From Lingula anatina (taxonomy: Eukaryota; Animalia; Brachiopoda): a stretch of DNA of 64,000 bases. Shown piece after piece: positions 26,034-37,217 of the stretch (position 1 is its first letter; each line of letters begins with the position of its first letter). The stretch lies in the NCBI GenBank assembly GCA_051362555.1, contig CM120644.1, positions 23,334,534 to 23,398,533 of the forward strand, in the 5' to 3' direction. The notes under the pieces are model-generated. The model saw only the letters and a list, made by a program, of their open reading frames with translations. It was not told the origin of the DNA and made no database searches. The position numbers and the translations under genes were made by a program.

Positions 26034-28069
26034 TTAAAAACGGAATACATTTCAAAATTTTTTAGAGGGCGAGGGGGCATGTCTCCAGTTTAACTTCCAG
26101 GCACCAGGACACCGCAGTATATATATATATATCTACCTCACCATGACATGTTGCGGGCCATGTTGACTGTTGACTTCCCGAAAAACGCGGGATATCCAAC
26201 ATGACAGACAGCAATCAACATCGACAATTTTGATCGTAGTAGTTGTACAATTTTATTATTACTGTATCAAAGGGATTGAACTCTCAAGATGAAAGTAAGC
26301 CGAGTTAACTGATAACCCTTTTGGTTCTTTCACACAGAGTATGCTTAAAATAGATCAAAATACGTGAATCAAGTGACATGCCTTGGCTATCTTCATCCCA
26401 AATGTGCCCATAAAATGTTAAATGTAGCACAGCTGATCTTACTTAAGCCCCGATTATATAGTGAACCTTTCGATGCATGTAAATTACTTGGAGTTACTGT
26501 TGCACACATATTGATCCCATTTACATAAATAGAATAAAATGTGAATAGTGTACAGTATAAAGTAAAATTTCGTTTTTAACTGAAGATGTGAGGTTGTTTG
26601 TTATGCTTTTCTGTGCACGTGAAGTGAAAGACTTCACTCGGATTTGGAATCACGTCGGAGCCCTTCGTTGACGAAATGGCGTCTCAGTATACGCATCTTA
26701 TAAGTTATAATATAACTAAATTTAGTGATAGCCACGCTATGATCAAGGCACAAACAGTAGGAATTTTACTTTTTAAATTTTAAATTAAAATTTTACCGCC
26801 CAGTTTCACTCACACACATACATAGAACTACTTGGCATTAGTATATACTCAGAGAACTTGGGTGGGCATCGACCCTAAGAACCCAAGTCACTCACGCGCC
26901 ATTGGTCAATTAAGTTATAATTATAAAGTTCATTGATATATCCCACTGTTTTCAGACTAACTTACTTCCAGCTTGTTCCTACTTGTACAATATACATATT
27001 TTATTTCAGTTATATTTTTGTAGTTTTCTGTGAGGTGAAAATACCCAAGCTATCAGAAGCGATAGAAGTGACCACTATAAGATCACATACCTAAGTAAGC
27101 ATCAATATATATATATATACCCCATTCAACTTTTGGATGTCTTAATTCAATGGGCTTCTCTATGTAAAACATCCTCCGTAAGTATGGCGCGGTCGCAAAG
27201 GGGCAAAATGACTCGATATAATTTTGTGGGAAAAATGACTCGTTTCAGGAAATAAACAGTTCAACTTATGCTTTACTACTAAACAATGTGTTATTATTAT
27301 GTTTAAGTGCCGTAGCACAAGATAATCCTTAAATAATCACAAGTTACCCTACACCGGTCTGATACGAACTGTCCAAGATACATATTCATTTCTAAAAAGA
27401 TGGTATCCTACCTTTAGCTTTCTATAATGCTGTCAGTTCAGCTAAGGGTGGGAGGGGGGGGGGGATAAAGTCAGCAGCTGTTAACACTAAAAATGTATTC
27501 ACACTATCGTGTATATCCCGAAAGTAATAATTATAATAATAAAAACTATATTTAAAGAACGTGAAACATGTTGCACATGGCCCTCAATACAAGCAGTGAA
27601 CGAAGTTTTTAAACAAACAAATGACAGACGAAAACATTGCTTCCATACTATGTAACTACAGAAGGCAAAAAAATTAAATCAAGTACATAAAGCTAGCAAA
27701 CAGATCAATAAATAAAGTAGATAAAAAATAAAGTTGTATGGAAAGCTGTATAGACTTTACCATCTAACCCAATGCAGTACTCAACATGACAGTAGTAATA
27801 TAAATTTTTCCACAAAAAATTTCCACAAATCTCAACGCGTCTTACAGTAAGTAAATTAAATTAATATGAACACTACCAAAAATTATATTGAAAATACAAA
27901 GAAAGAAATAATCTCATACAGCAACAACACTGGGTTAAAAAATATCAGACAGTAAAAAATATAAAAGATATGCGTCTTTAAAAAATTGTTTAAAAAAATA
28001 CGTCTTGTTGTACTTTCATCATCATATCAGAGATACCCATACTAATATTAAAACTTTGAAAAGCCATGC

Positions 28070-29410
28070 CTACGTTGGTGTAATCAGTGAATACTTTTTA
28101 TCGACCTGAAGCATTTTATAAATTCGATCACATGCCACGGTGGTATTTTTCTCGCCAAATATGGGGAATCCATGCGATTTGTAATACGACAACAATCGGT
28201 TCACATCCTGGTAGTGTCTTTCTTGAGCCTTCATACAGCCCGGGTGCCAGGTCCAGTCGGTGAACTCAAAATTAAACAGGTCTCTTTGAATGACGCTCCT
28301 ACTGAAAAATCTACAGTGATTCGGGCACATTTCGAAGCCACCGGAATAGCAAATCCCCATCAGAAGAGCTTGAGGGTAGTAAGTTTCCCTGTCGTACGGT
28401 GTTTTCAACAGTTCCTGTTTGGGTACTGTCTGATATTTCCAATGCATTGAAGTTCTAGCGATGGGGGATAGTTCCTCCGTCGTAAAATTTTCTTTGTAAG
28501 TTTTGAGAGGTGCTCTCCCGGGGAGTTCGGTTTTGAAGTCTCCGTTTGGGCGCATTTGGATGCGAAAGATGTATTCCTTGCGATGGAGAGTGTATATACA
28601 TTGACACATTATGCTGAATTGAGAAAAGAGATTGTCGACTGATATTTCTTTAATGATTGCATCGAAAGATTTCTTATGTAACCGCTCCAAGTAATGGCGA
28701 CATTCAACAACATGTTTTACTTTTATGATGACAGGAAAGTATGACATGCATTTCATGACTTCTCCAGTCCCGAATAAATTGTAATGCTTCATTGTTGTCA
28801 TTCCCCATTCTTTCGTCAGAAACTGGCCAACGACGCCGACCACGATAGGTTTGCCGTCTCTGAAAAGGTCTTCCGGCGTAACAACCGTAACGAACAGAGT
28901 GTCTGTATCCACGTAGCCAACGTACTCGGCCTTGGTGTAATTTTCGGGATAAAACATCGACCGCTGCATACGGCTTGGCCCTCGATGGTTGTATATTTCT
29001 GGGTAGGGGTCTTCAAAGAAAACCTTCGGAAAAGGCGGGCTGTCTCTTATCGTTGCTTCCAACGCATGGTCCTCTTTCGATTCATTGTCTAAGATAACCA
29101 TCACACGAATATGACGCGGCCAGAAAAGCATCAAGCTGGGTTTGAAGATCTTCTCGTAAAGATGATGATGTTTGTGGTACATGCGAAGGAACAGTTCAAG
29201 CGTCGGAACAGAGTTCCAGACACCTGGGATATTGGAGTTAGACCCGCTAGCACTAGTACCTGCCGGCGCCCCTTCATCCACGACGTGGCTTGGTCCTCCG
29301 GGGAGACTTAGGAGCTGGGACGTTGTTTTCTTATGCATTGTTATTAACAATACCATAATGCCCCCTATCGCCACACCGATCCATAATCTTATTAGTAGCG
29401 TACTTCTCAT
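28070..29410 (-). CDS. Intronless type II membrane protein, putative GT-A-fold glycosyltransferase (446 aa)
   Basis: Short N-tail, hydrophobic anchor (LWIGVAIGGIMVLLI), Ser/Gly/Pro stem, and a DxD motif after a hydrophobic strand (YVGYVDTDTLFV). Uninterrupted ORF. Function is inferred. Confidence 0.65.
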   Translation of the reverse strand: MRSTLLIRLWIGVAIGGIMVLLITMHKKTTSQLLSLPGGPSHVVDEGAPAGTSASGSNSNIPGVWNSVPTLELFLRMYHKHHHLYEKIFKPSLMLFWPRHIRVMVILDNESKEDHALEATIRDSPPFPKVFFEDPYPEIYNHRGPSRMQRSMFYPENYTKAEYVGYVDTDTLFVTVVTPEDLFRDGKPIVVGVVGQFLTKEWGMTTMKHYNLFGTGEVMKCMSYFPVIIKVKHVVECRHYLERLHKKSFDAIIKEISVDNLFSQFSIMCQCIYTLHRKEYIFRIQMRPNGDFKTELPGRAPLKTYKENFTTEELSPIARTSMHWKYQTVPKQELLKTPYDRETYYPQALLMGICYSGGFEMCPNHCRFFSRSVIQRDLFNFEFTDWTWHPGCMKAQERHYQDVNRLLSYYKSHGFPIFGEKNTTVACDRIYKMLQVDKKYSLITPT

Positions 29411-29571
29411 GACTGTAGGCCAACATGTGGTTTCATTTCAAAACCAGCAGAGCGTTTTTTGTAGCAATACCTGAGTACACCAGTCGAAAAGTCACTGCAA
29501 ATTATAAACAGATCGCTAGATGTCCACCTTTCCAAAGAGAATGTTGACACGGCTTACACACTTCGGGGGTT

Positions 29572-29783
29572 ACCTTGACTGGTCGGTGAACGGGTGTCGT
29601 AAAATCGTCCTATTATTAATAAACCGGGTGCATCAACCTGAAAAAACTATAATAAAATAACTGTCATTCTATTATGCCAAAGCACATTTTAAAAACACCA
29701 AATTCGATAGCAGCATTCAAAACGTAATAATAAAATAATCATTTGGTTATCTTACGACACTCGTTTACTGACAAGTCAAGGTG
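29572..29783. mobile_element. Small MITE-like element with imperfect ~33-bp inverted repeats
   Basis: accttgactggtcggtgaacgggtgtcgtaa versus ttacgacactcgtttactgacaagtcaaggt. Confidence 0.6.
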
Positions 29784-30486
29784 AGCGTCAAGGTGACGAC
29801 CGCAACAACAACAACACTGGGTTAAAAAATATCAGACAGTAAACCTAAAACACGGAACAGCGGAACAACGGAACAGCGGAACAGACTATAATGCGGAACA
29901 TTGTTACTGTGGAACACACGACGCAGGAACGGAACAGCATAAAAGACGGAACGTTTAATTGTTGTGACTGCTGGCTTGCGGAACCAACAGTGCGGAACGG
30001 CCTTAGAAAACAAACGCTCCAATAACAACCAAAGAAAATTGTGACGTCACAGATAACTTAGACTATTAATAAATTTACAATTACAAGTAAACAAGAAAAT
30101 ATTTTTACAAAATAAAAATATCAAAATTATAAATATGCGTCAGCTCATTGTTTTATATCAATAAATTCCTGAAATTACATTAGTTTTTATTTCAATGGTG
30201 ATTAATCTTTTATCGTAGCAAATTAAACCCTACCATTGTATAAGTCATAGACGTTTGAGAGTGTATAAAATGGCTAAATTACAGCGAACAAGGAAAGGAT
30301 GATGTGTTTTCTATCTCACCCCACCAATACTCACTACGGCCTATTTATGTTTCTTTTCTCTTTTCAATAAAAATTAGAGATATTTGTTGTTTGTTTTCCT
30401 ATTTGCAAACTGTGGAGTCTACGTCATAATCGCTATCACCATAATGCTACAATAGCACTAGCAGCGGCAACGCTTAGAGATGCGCG

Positions 30487-31220
30487 ATGGCGCAGAGAAT
30501 GGTTGATACAATATCTGAAAAAAACGCCCCGCTAACAACAGATAAAGTGTGTCGACTATTTAATCACACTGAGAAAGTGGACGTCATTCCGTTTCGACCA
30601 AAAGGAGGACAAACATTTGTTTTCAAAGCCAATTCGGAGGCGGAAAAAGAAGACTGGAGGGCAGACGGCCATAGGTGGACAAACGGCAGTTCTAAAAAAT
30701 TACCTAGGAAACAACCATTATACAAAAAATCATACTTTTATGCAAAGGGTGCAGATGGAAAAGCCACCGTCATGCAGTTGTCCACTGAAAGATGGGTGCG
30801 TGCACCTTATGGCAGTGCCCATGAGCATCAATTTGCCATTAGAGAAATCAGGCCTCAAAAACTTATCAACTGTCAGGAAAAACGCAAGAGGGCCGAAAAG
30901 AGCAAAGCCTGGAAGGAAAAAACCTCGGGTGGGTGATGTATGTGACACCGGAACGGAACACTTAGCTCTAGACGCGGAACAACAGAACAACTACCACGGA
31001 ACGGAACACATAGACATCGCCCACGGAACGGAACACTTAACTCTGGACGCGGAACACAGAGACAACGGCTACGGAGCGGAATACTTAACTCGGGACACGG
31101 AACAACGGAACAATGACCACGGAACGGAACACTTAATTAACTCTGGACCACGGAACGGAACACTTAACTCACACAGACATCGACCACGGAATGGAACACT
31201 TAACTCTGGACGCGGAACAC
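30487..31220 (+). pseudogene. Transposase remnant: N-terminal WRADGHRW domain joined out of frame to a SWIM finger and GTEHL repeats
   Basis: EDWRADGHRW in the 30487 frame; CSCPLKDGCVHLMAV (CxC..CxH) in the 30617 frame; frame switch at ~30768. Confidence 0.7.
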
Positions 31221-32036
31221 ATCGATGAAAGTTTTCAAAGGGACATCAGCTACAGCAGAGAAGTGTGGATCCCGGCTGACAGGAATATTATTAAAGAAAA
31301 TTTGAACGTCAGAGACCGCGACATAATCACTGACCCTTGCGGTTGGCTAAATGGAACCATCATCGACGCTTGTCATGATATAATTAAATATCAATTCCCG
31401 CTTCTAGAAGGACTCGAGTCATGTGCTCTGGCAGTACAGCTAGATTTCAAGCGTCACAAAAATCAATTCATCCAAATTATAAACCGAACACCAGACCGCG
31501 GTACACACTGGCTCACAGTATCAAACATTGGGTGTGCCCCAGATACAGTTAATATATGCGATTCCTCTTTCAGTGACATTCCAACTGTGGAACAAATGTG
31601 CATTGCGTCATTAATAGCACCATCGTCTGCAAGAACTCTACAAATTAACGTTTTGGACGTAACGCAACAAAACAACAACTATGATTGCGGTCTGTACGCA
31701 ATAGCAAATATGGTTGCCTTGGCGCATGGTAAAGATCCCACAAACATGAAGTATGACAGTAAAAAACTGCGTTCACATTTATTTTTTTGTTTAGAAAGAC
31801 GACATCTTTCTCTTTTTCCGATAACAAGCAGACGTAAAATTAAAAATCCTATCAAAAATTCGGTCGCGGTAAATTTATATTGTAATTGTAAATTACCAGA
31901 TACACATACCCTCTATGTCATCTGTGACGGGTGCAATGAGGAATATCATCCTCAGTGTATAGGACGCAGTGACGAGGACGCATTGAATGAAGAAAGAATG
32001 TATTGCACAGAATGCAGAAAAAGACAACAACAATAA
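31191..32036 (+). CDS. Ulp1/C48-like cysteine protease plus C-terminal PHD finger (transposon-encoded)
   Basis: WLNGTIID..HW..DS..QNNNYDCGLYAIA with His/Asp/Cys and oxyanion Gln; YCNC..CDGCNEEYHPQC..CTEC. Confidence 0.85.
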   Translation: MEHLTLDAEHIDESFQRDISYSREVWIPADRNIIKENLNVRDRDIITDPCGWLNGTIIDACHDIIKYQFPLLEGLESCALAVQLDFKRHKNQFIQIINRTPDRGTHWLTVSNIGCAPDTVNICDSSFSDIPTVEQMCIASLIAPSSARTLQINVLDVTQQNNNYDCGLYAIANMVALAHGKDPTNMKYDSKKLRSHLFFCLERRHLSLFPITSRRKIKNPIKNSVAVNLYCNCKLPDTHTLYVICDGCNEEYHPQCIGRSDEDALNEERMYCTECRKRQQQ

Positions 32037-33689
32037 TAATAATAACTCAATATAACGCATTGAAACAAGAAATAATATATTGGCGTTCAAATTTTCTTTA
32101 ATTATATGCAGGAAAAGAAGACAACTACAACAATAATAATAACTCAATGTATTCATATTCGTCTTGTTTTTCTTTTACCACTAAATAAATAATATTTCCT
32201 CGTTCCACAATGTATTTGATACACGTTCCGCTTTTTACTGTATTCCGCATTTTAGTCTGTTCCGCTGTTCCGTTGTTCCGGTGTTCCGTCTTTTAGGTTC
32301 TGCCCGAGCGAACCGGTTTTGGACGTAAAGAAGATGATGTTTGTGGTACATGCGAAGGAACAGTTCAATCGTCGGAACAGAGTTTATTAGTGATTATTAG
32401 AGCGGAAATATAAACGTTGGACTCTGTGAAGCGTCACGGCCCAAACAGAGTCAAGATGGCAGCAGCAGGTAGGCCCTATCAGGGGGTGGAAACGCGCTAC
32501 TTATATGGTTATGACGAGCCTAACCGTCAGCACCGGATATTAGTTTGTGACCTTGAGGGGCAATTAGGCTTGGTCTTTGCGGCACGCGCGAACAGTAGTC
32601 GATCTACCACACCTGGGTCTTTTGTGTTTGACAACTGTTCACTCGTCAACGAGGTGCTTGTTCTAGACTACAGACTGATATCTACTAGTACTACCAGTGG
32701 CTTCATTAGTAACGTTCCCACAATACATGGTTTTCTGTCTGTGCGTACATACCCTGAATTCGGTTAGCCTCACTGACGTAACGAGAACAATGGACGTTTC
32801 TTACCCCTCTCTAGGATTACCCCTGGCCCTATATCACAGGCCACAGAATTTAATGGCTCATTCCCCTTGAAACCATCAATGTCGGTCTACGTAGATCGTT
32901 CGGTAGGCTACTTTTGTAGTATACCCCCCCCCCCCCCCACCCTGTAACTTTCTGTAACTTTCACTTTTCAAACAGTCTTTTACATATTCTTGTTCATCTA
33001 TGTCAAAGCTGTTGAAATAATTGCTTTTGTAATTACCTGTGGTCTTTTTATTAGTTTTAATCACATTTAATCCAGCCCATTGAAATACAATGTGAAAATC
33101 TACAATACACCCGCAGTCAATAACTTGCCGCGTTTTCGTTGGCTAACTCTAAGGTAATTTTATGTCTCCTCAAATCTGACGTTCCACTGTCATAATTAAT
33201 TCATTATGGAAATTTAAAAAGAAGCTGGGTAATGAGGAACATGGACCCCTACAACCAGTTCATCTCTTCAGAACTCTTTTCCATGTGAAAAAGATCAGAA
33301 ACGAAAGAAAGGATTATTTAATAGTTTTATATGGCAATCAATAGAAATAAAAGCATAACGGGGCATGTAAGAGTTCAAATTTATCTATATTTGTGTTTGA
33401 AAAATGAACTGAAAAAATTGACCTAAAAAGGACTAGACTTTTTCCCACCTGTTTCTTCTGTACACCATCTCGGCTCATAAAATTTCTATAACAATTATCT
33501 CGATTTTCTTGTGTTACACTCATACATGATTTGAAAATAGGATTTATGTCCAACAGAATGGTAAATTGTGTCCGATATTTAAGGCTGGCGATGTACTGTT
33601 TACAGTATCATCTCATAGCACTCAAAAATGTGACACGGGTGCAAACGGCTGAATTACGTTGTGAGTCTCAGCAACCACAATGAACAGGC

Positions 33690-34175
33690 TCTGCACCATA
33701 TTTTGGTGATGATCCATTAATTCATTTATTAATTAATTGTTTAATAAGTTTATTTATTACTTAGCTATTAACAGATTTTGTTGAAATTTACAGGATAGGT
33801 CACAAATGGGCAAAGGAAGAAATGGTTGGATTTTGGTTGTGTTCCATTAATTAATTACTTGAAAATTAAATTTCCAGGATAGCTCACAAATGGACAATGG
33901 AAGAAGATTTTGGTAATGATCCATTTATTTATTATTTAATTAATAAATTAATCGATCATGGAACTCCGCAAGGACAAATAATTTAGTATTAATTAATTAA
34001 GAATACTGAATAATACTAAATTATGTCCTTGCGGAGGTTGCGCTCTCTGGTTTTCTTCTGCTCAGGTGCATATTTTAGTATTAATCAATTTATAATACTA
34101 ATACTTAATTAATGATACTTTATAATACGCAATTATTTGTCCTTGCGGGGGTTGCGCTCTCTAGTTTTCTTGCAC
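33690..34175 (+). mobile_element. Remnant of a probable third Helentron-like family with duplicated and inverted 3' ends
   Basis: gtccttgcgg(a/g)ggttgcgctctct occurs at ~34025 and ~34139; an inverted copy ctccgcaaggac lies at 33964; gatccattaatt repeats upstream. Confidence 0.45.
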
Positions 34176-34272
34176 TGAGATGCATATTTTGGTGTTTGAT
34201 TTTTTTCTTCCGATGTGTAGACATATCAAAGTTTGCACACAGTTTTACAGAGCGTTGTTTTCAGTCGTTAGC

Positions 34273-34308
<36 letters not shown>

Positions 34309-34857
34309 TAATGTTTTAGCCATAAATAAAATCCTCATTTCAGTTACATCCACTGTTAGCTAGACGAAATGGTGACAGGGCATAGTCAAGCATTTTACAC
34401 AAAACGCGACAAAACTGCATTCTCAGAGAAAGTAATTTGCAGAATCTTTTGTAAAAATATACTTGAGGTTGAGTACAAATTGTGTCAGTAAAATAACCAT
34501 GCATCTCGTAATAGCCCTTAGCGCAGTTTGATTTTTCTTAGTATTAATATCGTGCAAATATTACACAAAAGGCGTGATATTTTTAAAATTTCTTTCATAA
34601 AACCTTCGTTTCTCTTCGCACTCCCCGCACTAGCAGGGCATGGATTTTAAACTTTTCTTGGATTGGCATGCGCACAAAAAGCTATATTTATCACTTTCTG
34701 TCTCCAGAGTTAAAAAAAAAGGAGAAATCGCGCTTATATTTTTAACTTCATTTTTTCCTTTTTTTTTTTTCAAATGAACTTAAGCCTATATATATATTGA
34801 GTATCAGTAAATATGTATATAATATGTCTTTATTCAGGTGCGCAGCTTTTAAGTGTG

Positions 34858-34891
<34 letters not shown>

Positions 34892-35291
34892 AAGGGGAGG
34901 GGGCAAACCATGTGAGGGAATATAAGCGACGGAGGAGGGGGTCCGTTGGTCCCACTGCTTCCTACGCCTATATGTAGGCCCTAAACGTTACCACAAAGCC
35001 GCGTGCTAAGCGTACAATAACAATCACGAGCTTTGTTAAATATTAACACTTCTAAAAAATGCACTGACCGAATTACAGTGATAAATACGTCATATCGTCC
35101 GTTGTCTATTTGACTTTGCCAAATCTTTATCGGCCCCTTAACATCGTCTTACGCCCTCTTCCTAACTTTACTATCAGCGACAGCTCACGTAAACAACGAA
35201 CCCGCCTGACTCTAGATCTGGTACGGTGTTGAGTTTAAAACGCTCTAGTCAAAGCAACAAGTCGCATTCATTGACAGCGCCCAACGTAAGC

Positions 35292-35387
35292 ATGAAAAGA
35301 GCGGAGATCTGCGAGGCTTTAGCTCCTCTGAAGATTGTCGACTATCCTGAAGTTCCGCCCCCTCCCCCTAAAGGGGTTGTGGTTAAG
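35292..35387 (+). pseudogene. First coding exon of the Zn-dependent alcohol dehydrogenase gene
   Basis: MKRAEICEALAPLKIVDYPEVPPPPPKGVVVK|gtgagg resembles the MDR N-terminus. It lies upstream of the paralogue of the intron that precedes exon 591-754. Confidence 0.7.
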
Positions 35388-35800
35388 GTGAGGGTCGGGA
35401 CAAGGAGGGGTATGTAAATCTATTTCGAAGATCCGCGTTCATACTGCTTGGAGACAAAGGACAGATGGTGAGATATCTGTATGCATTTAGATCGTTTGCA
35501 CGTGTGTGCGCGTGCGTGCGTGTTTTTGAGAGAGAGAGAGAGGGATTGAAACCATGACCACCTCAGTACAATTGCACATTCATCTGAACCTCTTATATTC
35601 TGAACTGAAGTGAACTAGCTTCAACTGATTATCAGTAAGCGATGGTGATAATATCCACAAGTCAAAATCTGGTCACAAGTCACTGGTGATTCTCTATTCT
35701 TGATATTATTAACCCAGATATACGAGTATGTCAACAGAAGTAGAGGTGTAACGAAACTGGGGGTCGTGCCATTGTCTCGTGTGCATATATAGCCTTAAAC

Positions 35801-35951
35801 GGTATGACAGGAATGGCAGTCCGCTAGGAACCGTAGTCCGTTCGGCATTATTTAGTACAGGAGACTAACACTTACCTGTAGCAATCAACCGACTAATCAT
35901 ATTATTGGAACCTCGGACTTTCATTTCTCGGACTGCTATTCCTGTCACACC
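35801..35951. mobile_element. ~150-bp MITE
   Basis: ggtatgacaggaatggcagtccg versus cggactgctattcctgtcacacc. Confidence 0.65.
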
Positions 35952-37217
35952 ATGACCCTTTGGGAATGACATTAGTTCTTAAATTATGTCGCGTCCATAG
36001 GACATAATTACACCGTTTTGGTAACAGATTTATGCGACCGATTAATTCCTTTCTCTTTTGACTCGGTTTGAATAAAAATATGATATTTCGTGTTGTTTAT
36101 TATGACGCCTTCCATAGACCTTTAATATTGTTGAGATGTTGCAGCTAATAACAATGTCCAAAATGTATGCAGGAACCAAACAAGATGTTTAACTACCAGT
36201 AGCTCCAAGTGTGAGTGGAGGATTAATTTTTACTTCTATGCAATGCAATGTGTCTCAAAATGCGTGTTGTTGTTGACACTGAATGTTGAAAAGGAAAAGC
36301 ATCGAAAAAAACCAACCAAATTTCTATTTGGTGTTTTCACGTTTTTTTTTTCTCCAGACCATAAATTTCAACTGAAATGGTTACTCCGCACGGCTAATCT
36401 TATTCGGATATCAGAGTTGAAAGTGAATTTAACTTGTAATTTAAATTAATTACAATGCTGACCGGTCCTACTCTCTGACCACAGTGTCCGTTAGTAGTCT
36501 GTTACAAAATTATTGTATCTCCATTTCTTTAGTTTTGTATGCTGTACCTACTATATAAACATACTATCAGAATGTGATTCCGTCCTACCTTCTCCTCAAT
36601 TTACAGGAGAGCATTAAATCACGGGGAATCTTTTAAAAAAAAGTGACTTTGTTATCTTGACTATGGAAGTAGATGAAATGTAACGTAACTATCCAATAAA
36701 ATTTACATGTAATCACAAGTTGGACACCAACTCTTGGGTTTACAAATTATATCAGCAGATCAAAGATCTTACACGATTCTTACTCATTATTACTTTATTT
36801 ACGTAGGCTACTTAGAATGGATGAGAACCTTATATGATAGGGAGGAAACATTGTGGTTCATTCTCAGCTGTTAATTAAAAATTTAAATAGTAAAAAGTAT
36901 TTCTTATGTATTGATATAAGTTTTTTATGATAAAAACGAATTAATTATAAAATATACTTCATTATAATACATCCGTGTTCACTACTGTGAACTGGTAAAC
37001 AATAAACTGTACATGTAGTAATGTAGTACTTACATCTAGATTTAAGTGACATTTGGTGAATGAATTGGTAAGTCATTCGATGCACACTTAAATCGGGCAT
37101 AAGTAAGCACTGCACCTGTGCTATATTTGTTATATTTTGCGTTTTACAGCTATTCACACAAATATCACACTTACTCCACGGGGACTCACTCTGAATGAAA
37201 AAACACCTTGTGTCTGT

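Larger units (their letters stand above)
29842..32305 (+). mobile_element. Internally deleted Mutator-like DNA transposon (SWIM/Ulp1/PHD type)
   Basis: ~55-bp TIRs made of cggaac repeats (aacctaaaacacggaacagcggaac.. and ..gttccgtcttttaggtt). Coding remnants for an N-terminal domain, SWIM, Ulp1 and PHD; no DDE core. Confidence 0.8.

Noticed and set aside
28172-29474. Plus-strand ORFs overlapping the glycosyltransferase-like gene
   Set aside because: Antisense shadows without motifs.
32417-32767. 116-aa ORF with a YY1-like caagatggc
   Set aside because: No recognisable domain or splice structure.
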